Shown: positions 36,801 to 47,879 of the stretch, one piece after another
How the letters are laid out: the number at the start of each line of letters is the position of its first letter
Position numbering within the stretch: position 1 is the first letter of the stretch
Assembly: GCA_030390025.1 (NCBI GenBank)
Contig: CM059432.1
Location: forward strand, 62,684,001 to 62,748,000
Length of the DNA: 64,000 nucleotides
Origin: Squalus acanthias
Lineage: Eukaryota
Direction: 5' to 3'
Program-made: the position numbers and the translations under genes
The notes under the pieces: generated by a model
Told to the model about the DNA's origin: nothing
Databases searched by the model: none
The model's input: only the letters and a program-made list of their open reading frames with translations

Positions 36801-36985
36801 CCCCCCCCCCCCCACAGACTGTAGAACAAACTGTGGGACAAACTGTCTCTCCACCCCCATAGACTGTGGGACAAACTGTCTCCCCCCCACAGACTGTGGA
36901 ACAAACTGTCCCCCCCCCATAGACTGTGGGACAAACTGTCTCTCCCCCCCCCATAGACTGTGGGACAAACTGTCCCCCCCCCACA
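36800..36985. repeat. Minisatellite, about 30-bp unit, about 5-6 copies
   Basis: (C)n-ca[c/t]agactgtgggacaaactgtc repeated with variable C-run length. Confidence 0.9.
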
Positions 36986-38505
36986 TCCAAGTACTTTTTA
37001 AATGTGATGAGAGTTTCTGCCTCTACCACCCTTTCAGGCAGTGCGTTCCAGTCTCCCACCGCCCTCTGGGTGAAAAGATTTCTCCTCAATTCACCTCATA
37101 CCCTTCTACCAATTACTTTAAATCTTTGCCCCCTGGTTATTGACCTCTCTGCTAAGGGAAATAGTTGCTTCCTACCACTCTATCTAGGCCCCTCATAATT
37201 CTATACACCTCAATTAAGTCTCCCCTGAGCCTCCTCTGTTCCAAAGAAAACAACCCCAGCCTATCCAATCTTTCCTCATAGCTAAAATGCTCTAGTCCTG
37301 GCTACATCCTCGTAAATCTCCTCTGTACCCTCTCTAGTGCAATCACATCTTTCCTGTAATGTGGTGATCAGAACTGTATGCAGTACTATAGCTGTGGCCT
37401 AACTAGTGTTTTATACAGTTCTAGCATAACCTCCCTGCTCTTATATTCTAAGCCTCAGCTAATAAAGGAAAGTATCCCATATGCCTTTTTAACCACCTTA
37501 TCTACCTGTCCTGCTACCTTCAGGGATCTGTGGACATGCACTCCAAGGTCCCTCTGTCCCTCTACACTTCTCAGCATCCTACCATTTATTGTGTATTCCC
37601 TTGCCTTAGCTGTCCCAAATGCATTACCTCACACTTCTCCGGATTGAATTCCATTTGCCACTTTTCTGCCTACCTGACCAGTCCATTGATATCTTCCTGC
37701 AGTCTACAGCTATCATCCTCACTATCAACCACACGGCCAATTTTTGTATCATCTTCTTAATCAAGCCCCCTACATTGAAGTCTAAATCATTGATATATAC
37801 CACAAAAAGCAAGGGACCTAGTACTAAGCCCTGCGGAACCCCACTGGAAACAGCCTTCCAGTCACAAAAACACCCGTCGACCATTACCCTTTGCTTCCTG
37901 CCACTGAGCCAATTTTGGATCCAACTTGCCACTTTCCCTTGTCCCATGGGCTTTTACTTTTTTGACCAACCTGCCATGTGGGACCTTGTCAAAGGCCTTG
38001 CTAAAATCCATGTAGACTACATCAAATGCACTACCTTCATCAACTCTCCTCGTTACCTCCTCGAAGCTTTGGCCTGGATATCTGACTTAGATACGAAAGA
38101 AGAAGACCTCCTCAAAAAATTCACTCAAGTTAGTCAGACACGACCTTCCCTTAACAAATCCATGCTGACTGTCCTTGAGTAATCCGTGACTTTCTAAATG
38201 ACGATTTAGACTGTCCCTCAGAATTTTTTCCAATAATTTTCCCACCACCGAGGTTAGGCTAACTGGCCTGTGATTACTTTGTCTATCTCTTTCTCCATTT
38301 TTAAACAATGCCACCATGTCAGCAGACCTCCAGCACCACACCTGTAGCCAGAGAGGATTGGAAAATGATGGTCAGAGCCTCCGCTATTTCCTCCCTTGCC
38401 TCTCTTAACAGCCTGGGATACATTTCATCCGGGCCTGGCGACTTATCTACTTTCAAAGATGCTAAACCTCTTAATACTTCCTCTCTTTCTATGTTTAACC
38501 CATCT
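36985..38505 (-). mobile_element. CR1 fragment, same subfamily as 2153-3352
   Basis: Collinear similarity to 2300-3350; RT motifs in ORFs 37624..37947 and 38087..38341. Confidence 0.88.
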
Positions 38506-39013
38506 AATTTTACACTCCTCCTCTATAAACTTAAACTCATCGAAAACTCTGCACCAAGTCCCGTTCACCCATCATCCCTGTGCTCGCTGACTTACATTGG
38601 CTCCTGGTTAAGCAACGCCTCGATTTCAAAATCCTAATCATTGTTTTCAAATTCCTCCATGGCCTCGCCTCGTTCCACCCTATCTCTGCCACATCCTCCA
38701 GCCTCAAAACCCTCCGAGATATCTGTGCTCCTCCATTTCTGGCCTCTTGAGCATCCTCGATTTTAATCGTTCCACCTTTAGCTGCCAGGTCCCTAAGTTC
38801 TGGAATTCCCTTCCTAAACCGCTCCACCTCTCTACCTCTCTTTCTTCCTTTAAGCGCTCCTTAAAACCTACCTCTTTGACCAGCTTTTGGTCATCTGCCC
38901 CAATATATCCTTACATGGCTCGTTGTCAAATTTTGTTTGATAACGCTCTTGTGAAGCGCCTTGGGACGTTTTACTACTTTAAAGGCGCTATATAAATACA
39001 AGTTGTTGTTGTT
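38505..39013 (+). mobile_element. L2 LINE 3' fragment ending about 45 bp before a CLC exon
   Basis: ctggaattcccttcctaaacc...aaggcgctatataaatacaagttgttgttgttg. Confidence 0.85.
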
Positions 39014-39057
39014 GATGTTTATTATTCTGAGTCTTGTTCTTTTTGATTGATTAATAG

Positions 39058-39150
39058 ATATCTGTCAAGTTGTTAAACTCAACAAAGATAAACCTGCTCC
39101 TGAATAAGTACAGAACTGCCAACCAATACAAGGAGCACTATGTCAATTTG
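39058..39150 (+). CDS. CLC-family gene, penultimate coding exon (inter-CBS linker)
   Basis: Acceptor ttctttttgattgattaatAG, donor TTG|GTAAGC; 93 bp, phase 0/0. Translates ISVKLLNSTKINLLLNKYRTANQYKEHYVNL; joining the last exon gives YVNL-KPYIN, matching the CLC-6/7 'xDLxPyMN' motif. Confidence 0.85.
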
Positions 39151-40670
39151 GTAAGCAGTGAGTCAATTGTACAAAAATCCCAATTTTACTCTGTTTAGTG
39201 TGCTGACCCTATGTTGTCATTTATTTAGCATTTTTGTATGAGCAACAGGATTTTATATAAACAGTAGTTGCATCAGGTCTCTGTCATTTTCCAGTGGGTT
39301 CTGCTAGTCTTCAGCTGGAGGTATGGCTGTCGACCGATAGAAGTCCTGTGAAATTTGAGGGCCTATCTTTATTAGTTATTATATTTCAAAGCAGAAAAAT
39401 GTCTTGGATGCCAAGCTCCAAACTTCAGGTTTATAAGGGTTGAAAATCCAATTGGTGTAGTTTATGTAGGAACACTTACCTTGCTTGCACTAAATTCCCA
39501 CATACTCAACTATGACTGCAGGCATCACCTTTATTCCTGTCTATCATGGGACCGTTAAATCATTTTAATATTATTACCCTTACATATTCTCTGAACTGTC
39601 TGCAGCTAGCTCCCTCAATCTCCTCTCCACTGTTTGGAGCCTATAATGCACACCGAGCACTGTGTCATCTCCCTTCTGATTTCTTAATTCTATCTATATG
39701 GATTCTGTATTGATATAACCCCCTAGGACATCCTTACATTCTAGGGCTGTGATAGAATCCTTGAGCAACATAACCACTCCACCCTCCCATATTTTTCTCT
39801 TTCTCCTGAAAATGTTATAACTAGGAATATTAAGTGCGTAAAATGCATCTCCCACTGGGAATGTGAAACAAGCTTTATTCTGTATGATGGTGAGTTGGAC
39901 GGAGCAAAAGAATTTAGGTACGGAAGTCCCATCACTAACCTTGCTGAGCATCCCAGAATTCAATGGCCAGCTTTGATTATAAGGATGGGTCTAGACTGAG
40001 ATAATTAATTACTCGACAGGACATAAATTGAATGCAAGATTGTTCCGTATGTTTCAACGGAATCCATTCCTTTATCTCTGTCTGAGTGGCTCTGGTTTCT
40101 AATTGAATGGAAATCTATATGTTGCATGTTACATAGGCCTCACTACAGGCTTTCTGATTCCTCTCAGAAATCCAATTAAGAAGAATAAATATAGTTTACT
40201 ATTTGATATGGCCATGGAATTTTACTATAGCTAATGAAGATCCAAGATAGAAAATTGGACTAACCTTGTGTTTACCAGTAATTACATCTGGATGGCCTTT
40301 TGGTATATCTCAAACTTTCAGCAGTTGGAGTTTTGTGAGAACTCTTAATTATTTTCCATTGTACAGCCGTATTTCTGGGATAGTCACTATGTTCCTCATC
40401 TCTGCTATGGGATGCATACCCGATTTTCACAGTTTTGGTTATAAACTTTTCACTGACAAGAGTTTTTCTTTGTTGTTGGTCCTTTTGTCGTGCGCTTTCT
40501 CATCAAAGATTTTACTGCAGTAGTCCAAGATACTATAAAGTAATCACAATTCAACCGCAAAGACAAAAAAAAACCTTTCTCATGTCATAGATAATCTTCA
40601 CCGTACAAAGAAGCTCTTTTTACAGGTACAGGACTTCAACTTTTTTTCCTGTCTTCTGTGTATGCTGAAG

Positions 40671-41153
40671 TGTACTCGCACCAAGTCCCGTTCGCCCATC
40701 ACCCCTGTGCTCACTGACCTACATTGGCTCCAGGTTAAGCAGCACCTTGATTTCAAAATTCTCATCCTTGTTTTCAAATCCCTTCATAGCCTCGCCCCTT
40801 CCTCTCTGTAATCTCCTTCAGCCCCACAACCCCCGGAGATATCTGCGCTTCTCTAATTATGCCCTCTTGAGGATCCCTGATTATAATCGCTCTACCTTTG
40901 GTGGCCGTGCCTTCTGTTGCCTAGGCCCTAAGCTCTGGAATTCCCTGCCTAAACCTGTCCACCTCGCTACCTCTCTTTCCTCCTTTAAGACGCTCCTTAA
41001 AACCTACCTCTTTGACCAAGCTTTTAGTCACCTGCCCTAATTTATCCTTATGTGGATCGGTGTCAAACTTTTTGTCTTAAAATACTCCTGTGCAGCACCT
41101 TGGGACATTTTACTGCGTTAAAGGTGCTAAATAAATACAAGTTGTTGTTGTTG
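40671..41153 (+). mobile_element. L2 LINE 3' fragment
   Basis: GRAFCCLGPKLWNSLP...FKTLLKTYLF and a (gtt)n tail. Confidence 0.88.
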
Positions 41154-41164
41154 TACTTTGTAAT

Positions 41165-44100
41165 GTTTTAATTCTTATTCTTGGACTGGGAGGATGAGCA
41201 GAGGTCATGCAGAGCAGGACAAACTGCTAGAGGAGAGAGGGGTAGAAGGGCGCTCAGCAGAAGGCCATATCCACAGAGGGTGTTTAGGGAGCAATTCTTG
41301 TACCTGAACTTTAGTGACGACCGATACTGGAGACGTCTGCACTTCACTAAAGAGGACGTCACTGAAATCTGCCACCTGCTGCAGCCACAACTCCAACCTC
41401 GGAGCAGGGCATGGACCGCATTGCCTGTGGCTGTCAAGGTGACTGTGGCTCTGAACTTCTGTGTCTAGCTCCTTCCAGGCTGCTGCTGGAGATCTAAGCA
41501 ACATCTCTCAGTTTGCAGTGCATTTCTGCGTAAGAACATAAGAACATACTAAATAGGAGCAGGAGCGGGAGCAGGCCATTCGGCCCCTCGAGCCTGCTCC
41601 GCCATTTAATGAGATCATGGCTGATCCGATTTTGCCCTCAACTCCACGTTCCTGCCCGCTCCCCATAACCCTTGACTCCCCTGTTGCTCAAAAATCTGAC
41701 TATCTCAGCCTTGAATATATTCAATGACTCAGCTTCCACAGCTCTCTGGGGTAAAGAATTCCGAAGATTCACGGCCCTCTGAGAGAAGAAATTCCTCCTC
41801 ATCTCCTCATAAGCGAGGTCACTGAGGCTCTCTGTGCAAGAGAGACAACTTCATCTCATTCCCTCTTGCCAGAGAGAAGCAGGCGGAGTGTTTGCAAGGA
41901 CTGCAGGCTTCCCCATGGTGCAGGATGCCATTGACTGCATGCACATTGCTTTGCGTCTGCCTCATGTCAACTCTGCCATGCAGCTGAACCGAAAGGCATT
42001 CTACTCCCTCAATGTGCAGCTGGTGTGTGACCACAGGTAGCGCATCATGTAGGTCAATGCCTGGTATCCTGGCAGCAATCATGATGCGTTCATTCTGCGG
42101 CAGTCCTCTGTGCCAGCTGTATTTTACAACCACGGCAAACCAAAGGTTGGCTACTGGGTGACAAGCGTTATCTGCTAACGACATGGCTCATGACTCCGGT
42201 CCGCATCCCACACACACTTGCACAGCAGGCATACAACGAGAGCTATGCTGCCACAAGAAATCTTATAGAGCAGACCATTTGCAGCCTAAAGCAACGATTC
42301 CACTGCCTGGACCGCTCTGGAGGAGCCCTGCAGTACTCAGCTGAGCAGGATTCAAGATTTGTGGTGCTATGCTGCATGCTGCGCAACCTGGCCATTATGA
42401 GGGAACAGTCCTTGCCACCACCTATCAGGCGAGAAGCTGAAAAGCAGGAGCATGAGGAGGAGGAGGTGGAGGAGGAGGTGGAAGAGGAGGAGTAGGAAGG
42501 GAGGCTGCAACCTAGACTCTCCCTTTCTGCCCTGGCTGTACATGAAGAACTAATTCAATTGCGATACCAGTAACCTCAACTCCAATTCACCATTCACCAA
42601 TAGTCCCACACCCCTTCCCTTTCCTCTGTCACTGACCATCAAATTGATCTCTTGCTCATAGTTGCAAAAATAAAAGGCAACACAAAATACACATTCCAAT
42701 CAGAATTTATAAATTAAATCATACCATAGTGCATACAAAAATAAACTAATCACCCTTGTGCATTCCATTAGTGCCTCTTTCGTGTGCCTTTGGAGGTCCT
42801 AGTGCTCCTACGAGGTGCTTCCCCAGTGGCTACGACATGGCTTGTGGAAGGCTGCTGACCTTCAGTTGAGAAGACTGCAGATGGCCTTGGAGGGTGACCT
42901 TGAGCAGCTCTGGGCCTACATGGCCCGGCTGCAGACTGCACCATCTCGACCTGTGCCACAGCAGTCTGGGCAACAGCAAGGGCACTGGCGGAGTGGCAGG
43001 GGTGGGAGCACAAATGCTGTCATCCTGAGAGGGGACAGCAGATTTGTACTCCATGGAGCCATTGCCACTCTCCTGGGGTGGCACCTCTGCAATCCTAGTA
43101 CTCTGTTGGGGAGCAGATTGCTCCTTGACATTGAACATAGGCTTTCTGGCAGGCTTTCCAGTGCACCAAGCATTTAGGTCTGTACACCCATCGGCCTTCT
43201 TCTGTGGCCTGGCCCATTGACGTCATCATCTGAGTCCTCTGCAGCAGAACATGTGTGCGACCTTGCCCTCCAGTGAGCTGGTGCCCGCACTATCCTTTCC
43301 CCCTGCCCTGGCTGCAGCGCACTTGTGTCCGGTGCAGATCCCGTCTCTATGCTATCCTCTAAATTTCGCGCAGTGCCATTATCTGAGCTGGTGGCTGCAC
43401 CTGTGAAATTGAGTGACTGTGTGTCTTCATCTTCACTGTCTTCTTGCTCTTCCTCCACTGCCTGGGCAGGTTGCAGTTCTTGGGAATCTGAAAGGAAAAA
43501 GGGACAAGGGTTGGGTTGTGTGAGGGGAGAGGAGAAAGTAAGAAGTGTATGCTTACACTATCAACTGCTTCTCAGTCAGAAGAGATTGTGGGATGAGGGA
43601 GAAGTGGGATGAGAAAAGGAGGATTAGGTATGCGGATACCCTCATCTTCAATGGCTTCAGCACCGCCGGTGACCATGGCCTCAGCCATGGCCCTTCCCAT
43701 AATGACCAGCAACCATCTCCTCCATGGAGGTTAGAACATGCAAGCGCGCCTCTCCCCCTCCGGTTAGTTCTTGCTGTCTCAGGTTGTGCGCTACCTTCTC
43801 CTGCAAGAGAGGGTGAAATGTGTCAGTGAGTGTCGTGCAATCTGTTTGGGTGATGTGGCTGTCATTGTGAATAGCTGCCAGTGTGTGCAATCTGTGAGAT
43901 GTAGGTTTGAGGCCTGCAACAGTGCTAGTGTGTGAGGGTGAGGTGAAGCATATGAATTTTAGGTATGAGTGCTGATTGATAGAGATTGTTGGTAGGTGAG
44001 TGATAGGGGTGTGGTGAATTGAGCAGTGGCTGAGGCTCGTGGTGCAGTTGGTAGGATATAGCATTTGAAGATGCAGTCACTGACCTTGACCACTCGTGTG

Positions 44101-44616
44101 AGGTCATTAAACTTCTTCCTGCACTGCATCCATGTTCTTGGAGTTATACGCCTGGCATTGACCTCCACGGCTATCTCTTGCCACTGCCTTCTGAGCAAGT
44201 GCCTGGAGGGCCTCCTGAGGATACAAGACACATCTCCTCTGTTCCACCTCTTCAACTAAGACTTCCAGTGCAGTTTCTGAAAACCTTGGTGCTTGCTCTC
44301 TCCCATGGTCAGCCATTGTTGATTGTTGCAGAGCACACTATTCAGAATGATCTCAACCCCTCCAACAGCCACAATGCACCTCCCCTTTAAGAGGTGAAGG
44401 CTGGCTTTAAGTAGTGCTTGGCACTCACGATATTGGGCTCCCTGCTGATACGTGCAGCCAATGAACAGGACGGGGAGTGCTGGCTGAATGCAGAAATCAT
44501 GGTAATGCGCAGGCAGCACAAAGTTGGCATCCTGCCTGCTTGCAATCAACGGACGCGGGGTAATCGCAAATCGCAATCCCTGCGCCCGTTTTTGGGGGTT
44601 GGCCAATTTAACCCCC
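41165..44616 (+). mobile_element. Decayed two-gene Harbinger (transposase pseudogene on +, Myb-like pseudogene on -)
   Basis: Fragmented transposase at 41181-42570 (LPVAVKVTVALNF, AIDCMHIAL, FHCLDRSGGALQYS). Myb-like exons at about 44085-44310, 43640-43800 and 42768-43486. Right end AATTTAACCCCC followed by TAA; left TIR not found. Confidence 0.85.
41532..41810 (-). mobile_element. Short CR1 3' end inserted in a Harbinger transposase relic
   Basis: taagaacataagaacata...ggccattcggcccctcgagcc CR1 tail. Confidence 0.85.
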
Positions 44617-44684
44617 TAAATGTCTCAGTCTCTCTGTTAATAGCTGGTTCATAGTTCAATTGTTCATAGTTTGCATCATTACAA

Positions 44685-45220
44685 AGTATTACAAAGTATT
44701 TACAGCACAGAAACAGGCCATTTGGCCCAACTGGTCCATGCTCCACACGAGCCTCCTCCCACCCCTCTTCATCTAACCCCAGCAACATATTCTTCTATTC
44801 CTTACTCCCTCATGTGCTTATCTAGCTTCCCCTTGAATGCGTCTATGCTGTTCGCCTCAATTACTCCCTGTGGTAGTGAGTTCCACATACTAACCCCTCT
44901 CTGGGTAAAGAAGTTTCTCCTGAATTCCCTATTAGATTTATTAGTGACTATCTTATATTTATGGCCCCTAGTTCTGGTCTCTCCCACAAGTGGAAACATC
45001 TTCTCTACGTTTACCCTATCAAACCCTTTCATAATCTTGAAGACCTCTATCAGGTCACCCCTCAGTCTTCCCTTTTCTAGAGAAAAGAGCCCCAGCCTGT
45101 CGAATCTTTCCTGATTGGTATAACCTCTCAGTTCTGGTATAATTCAAGTAAATCTTTTTTGCATCTTCTCCAGTGCCTCTGTATCCTTTTTGTAATATGG
45201 AAACCAGAACTGTTCACAGT
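44685..45220 (-). mobile_element. CR1 3' fragment
   Basis: ORF 44802..45032 (FRRNFFTQRGVSMWNSLP). Confidence 0.85.
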
Positions 45221-45490
45221 CATAGGACATGGGATTCTTTATAGACTGATGTTTATTCATGATTTCAATGTGTTTTTCTTGTACAGTGTTTTGTTTAAGT
45301 GTAATTATTTTGGACTGCTTTGATCTGATATTATCTGTACAAAAATTCTATTATGATAAATCAAATCTTTAAGAATAAAACTAACTATAAATTTGTTATC
45401 TTGGAGGTTTATGTTAACTAAGAATATTCCTCTTTTGTTGAGAACTGCCAGTAGTCAACCTTCCTCATCTCTTTTGTCTGTTGCCTATAG

Positions 45491-45709
45491 AAACCCTACA
45501 TCAACCAATCAGCAATGACAGTCCATGCTAACTTTTCTCTCCAACGCACTTACATTATTTTTCGAACATTGGGACTTCGACACCTGACTGTTGTTGACTT
45601 GAAAAACCGTGTTCTTGGCATCATTACACGGAAAGATCTGATGGCGTTCCGACTTGAAGAGAAACTGCTGGAATCTGAGAATTTGAAATCAGACAATGAT
45701 AAAAGATAA
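45491..45709 (+). CDS. CLC-family gene, terminal coding exon encoding CBS2
   Basis: Acceptor ctcttttgtctgttgcctatAG. Translates KPYINQSAMTVHANFSLQRTYIIFRTLGLRHLTVVDLKNRVLGIITRKDLMAFRLEEKLLESENLKSDNDKR*; FRxLGLRHLxVV...GxxTRKDL is diagnostic of CLC-6/7-type CBS2. Confidence 0.93.
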   Translation, partial: KPYINQSAMTVHANFSLQRTYIIFRTLGLRHLTVVDLKNRVLGIITRKDLMAFRLEEKLLESENLKSDNDKR

Positions 45710-46760
45710 AAGCTTTCTGGTGGGAAACTTTCATTGATTACTCTGCCTGTGTAGAACACAAACCTCATTAAGAGGGGCAGGTAACTCTGAAGGTACGGAT
45801 TGTTTCTGATAGGTATTTGTCCATAGAGCACCTTCACAGCCTCCAACCTTTGCTTTTCAATTTTGCTTTGTAATAACCTTCATTTTCAGGGCTCCTCCAT
45901 ACAGCCCTGTAAACATCAATTTTGAGCAGCTATTTATTAGGGTGATGTCAGTTAGGGAGATCATCTTCAGAAGATATTCCACAGCATGGGATGTCTCTTT
46001 ACCAGACTTATAAAGGAAAATTGCAATCGATTTCCTGTTTGTTTAAGTCTTTGACAAGTATTAGCAATATAAATTCAATCAATGGCCATCATCCCACATA
46101 TATTAGTTCACATTTTAGCACCTAATCTCTTGATTGCAGTGGATTGCTACTTTTGTAGAAGAATGAAACAATGTGATCTGCTGTTGATTAGCAATAAATG
46201 TTAATGAGTTTAAAGTTTTTTTTTGAAAAACCAGAGGTTGGACAGTGCTCTCCTATATTCGTCAGAATTTCTGTAATTGTTCTACAATTATCTGGGAATA
46301 ATAGTTAACAGAGCTTTAGTGCAAAAAGTGATTTTACTTAGGAAAATGTTGCCTTAAATTTCCAATAAAGAATAAAGTTTTAAAACCAGAAAGTATCCTA
46401 ATCATGCACATTTTAGTTTGGCCATTTTTCTACTATATAATACTATAATTTACATGTTGCTATGGTGTAAAAGATGTAAAGCAACACCCATGCATGATAG
46501 TAAATCTTCTGATTCAATGTTCGTAATCAAGAATGTATTTTACAATATTTTATGTGACAGACAAAAGTTTTAAATATATACAGTTAGTCCCACTCTACAG
46601 TATCTATACTTTATAATCTGCTTTGCTGTTTTTCATTGACTTTTATTAATTTGTTTCATTTTACTTAATCTAAATATTTTTTAAATTATGAAAATTGAAA
46701 GTAATATGAAATTGTACTTATTTTTTAACATTATGAAAATATGTTAATAAATTCATACAA
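45710..46760 (+). terminator. Probable 3' UTR with candidate poly(A) signals
   Basis: AT-rich sequence with no repeat I recognise after the stop codon; AATAAA at about 46193, tandem at 46364-46369 and 46371-46376, and at 46746-46751. The site actually used is unknown. Confidence 0.55.
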
Positions 46761-47426
46761 ACATTTCAAATAATATAATAGGCACGGGCATAGTGCTTTG
46801 TTATTGATAGAGGTTAGAGTCATACAGGAAAGGATGCACTTTTGTGGTGCTGATGCCTTCACTCAGGTGATGACGATTGGTATGGCCACGTAGGGACAAA
46901 GAGGGCTGATATGCTGTCATGTTGTGGGATGGGTAGTGGTTTGAGGGACTGTCACTTTATTTCAAAGTAGGGGGGAGAAGGAAGTAAGGCTATAGAGTCA
47001 AAGGTCGACTGTGTTCCACAGAAGAGAAGACCTCAGTGATGACATGTGCTGTGATGCTCCTTACAATAAATACTGCCCGAGACTCCTTTGCTCCAACCTG
47101 TGGTGGTACTCCTCCTCCAAGATAATGGGATACAAGCGTATACCCACAGGGAATGCTATACCTGCTCCTGAGAAGCCCTAACTCTGGGTATGGGTGGGGT
47201 TGGGTAGATTTGAGAAGCAAGTCAGGTGTGTGTAAAAAACACTTTAAAAAACATTTTCGAGCTGTAGAAATCTGTATTCAATATCTCCAGACTCCTCACG
47301 TCCGCCTGTATCAGCTGATCCTGGCAGTTGCTGTGCCTGATAAATCTCAGTCTAATTTAGCCAGATTAATTAGCAGTGCAAACCCAGGAAACTCACAGCT
47401 GTTACATCACTCACACTCACACTGGC

Positions 47427-47870
47427 ATGAGTAGATTGGGCCTATACTCTCTGGAGTTTAGAAGAATGAGAGGTGATCTCATTGAAACATATAAGATTCT
47501 GAGGGGGATTGACAGGGTAGATGCTGAGAGGGTGTTTCTCCTGGTTGGAGAGTCTAGAAATAGGGGGCACAGTCTCAGGATAAGGGGTCAGCCATTTAAG
47601 ACTGAGATGAGGAGGAATTTCTTCACTCAGAGGGCTGTGAATCTTTGGAATTCTCTACCCCAAAGGGCTCTGGAAGCTGAATCGTTGAGTATATTCAAGG
47701 CTGAGATAGATAGATTTTTGGCCTCTAGGGGATTCAAGGGATATGGGGATCGGGTGGGAAAGTGGAGTTGAGGTCGAAGATCAGCCATGATCTTATTGAA
47801 TGGTGGAGCGGGCTCAAAGGGCCGTCTGGTCTACTCCTGCTCCTAATTCTTACGCTCTTATGTTCTTATA
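47427..47870 (+). mobile_element. CR1 3' fragment
   Basis: LGLYSLEFRRMRGDLIETYKIL...GKWS*, followed by the CR1 tail. Confidence 0.9.
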
Positions 47871-47879
47871 TGCAAATGA

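Noticed and set aside
36800..36985. Regularly spaced repeats resembling a CRISPR array, and Cys/Gly-rich ORFs
   Set aside because: No unique spacers and eukaryotic context; a simple minisatellite.
39960..40620. Possible decayed tyrosine-recombinase (Crypton-like) relic on the minus strand (HSIR and CPV-like scraps)
   Set aside because: Motifs are too short and not in a coherent frame or order; needs a profile search.
14003..45709. Assigning the symbol clcn6 or clcn7
   Set aside because: Linker and overall sequence differ too much from the conserved vertebrate orthologues as I recall them; phylogeny is required.
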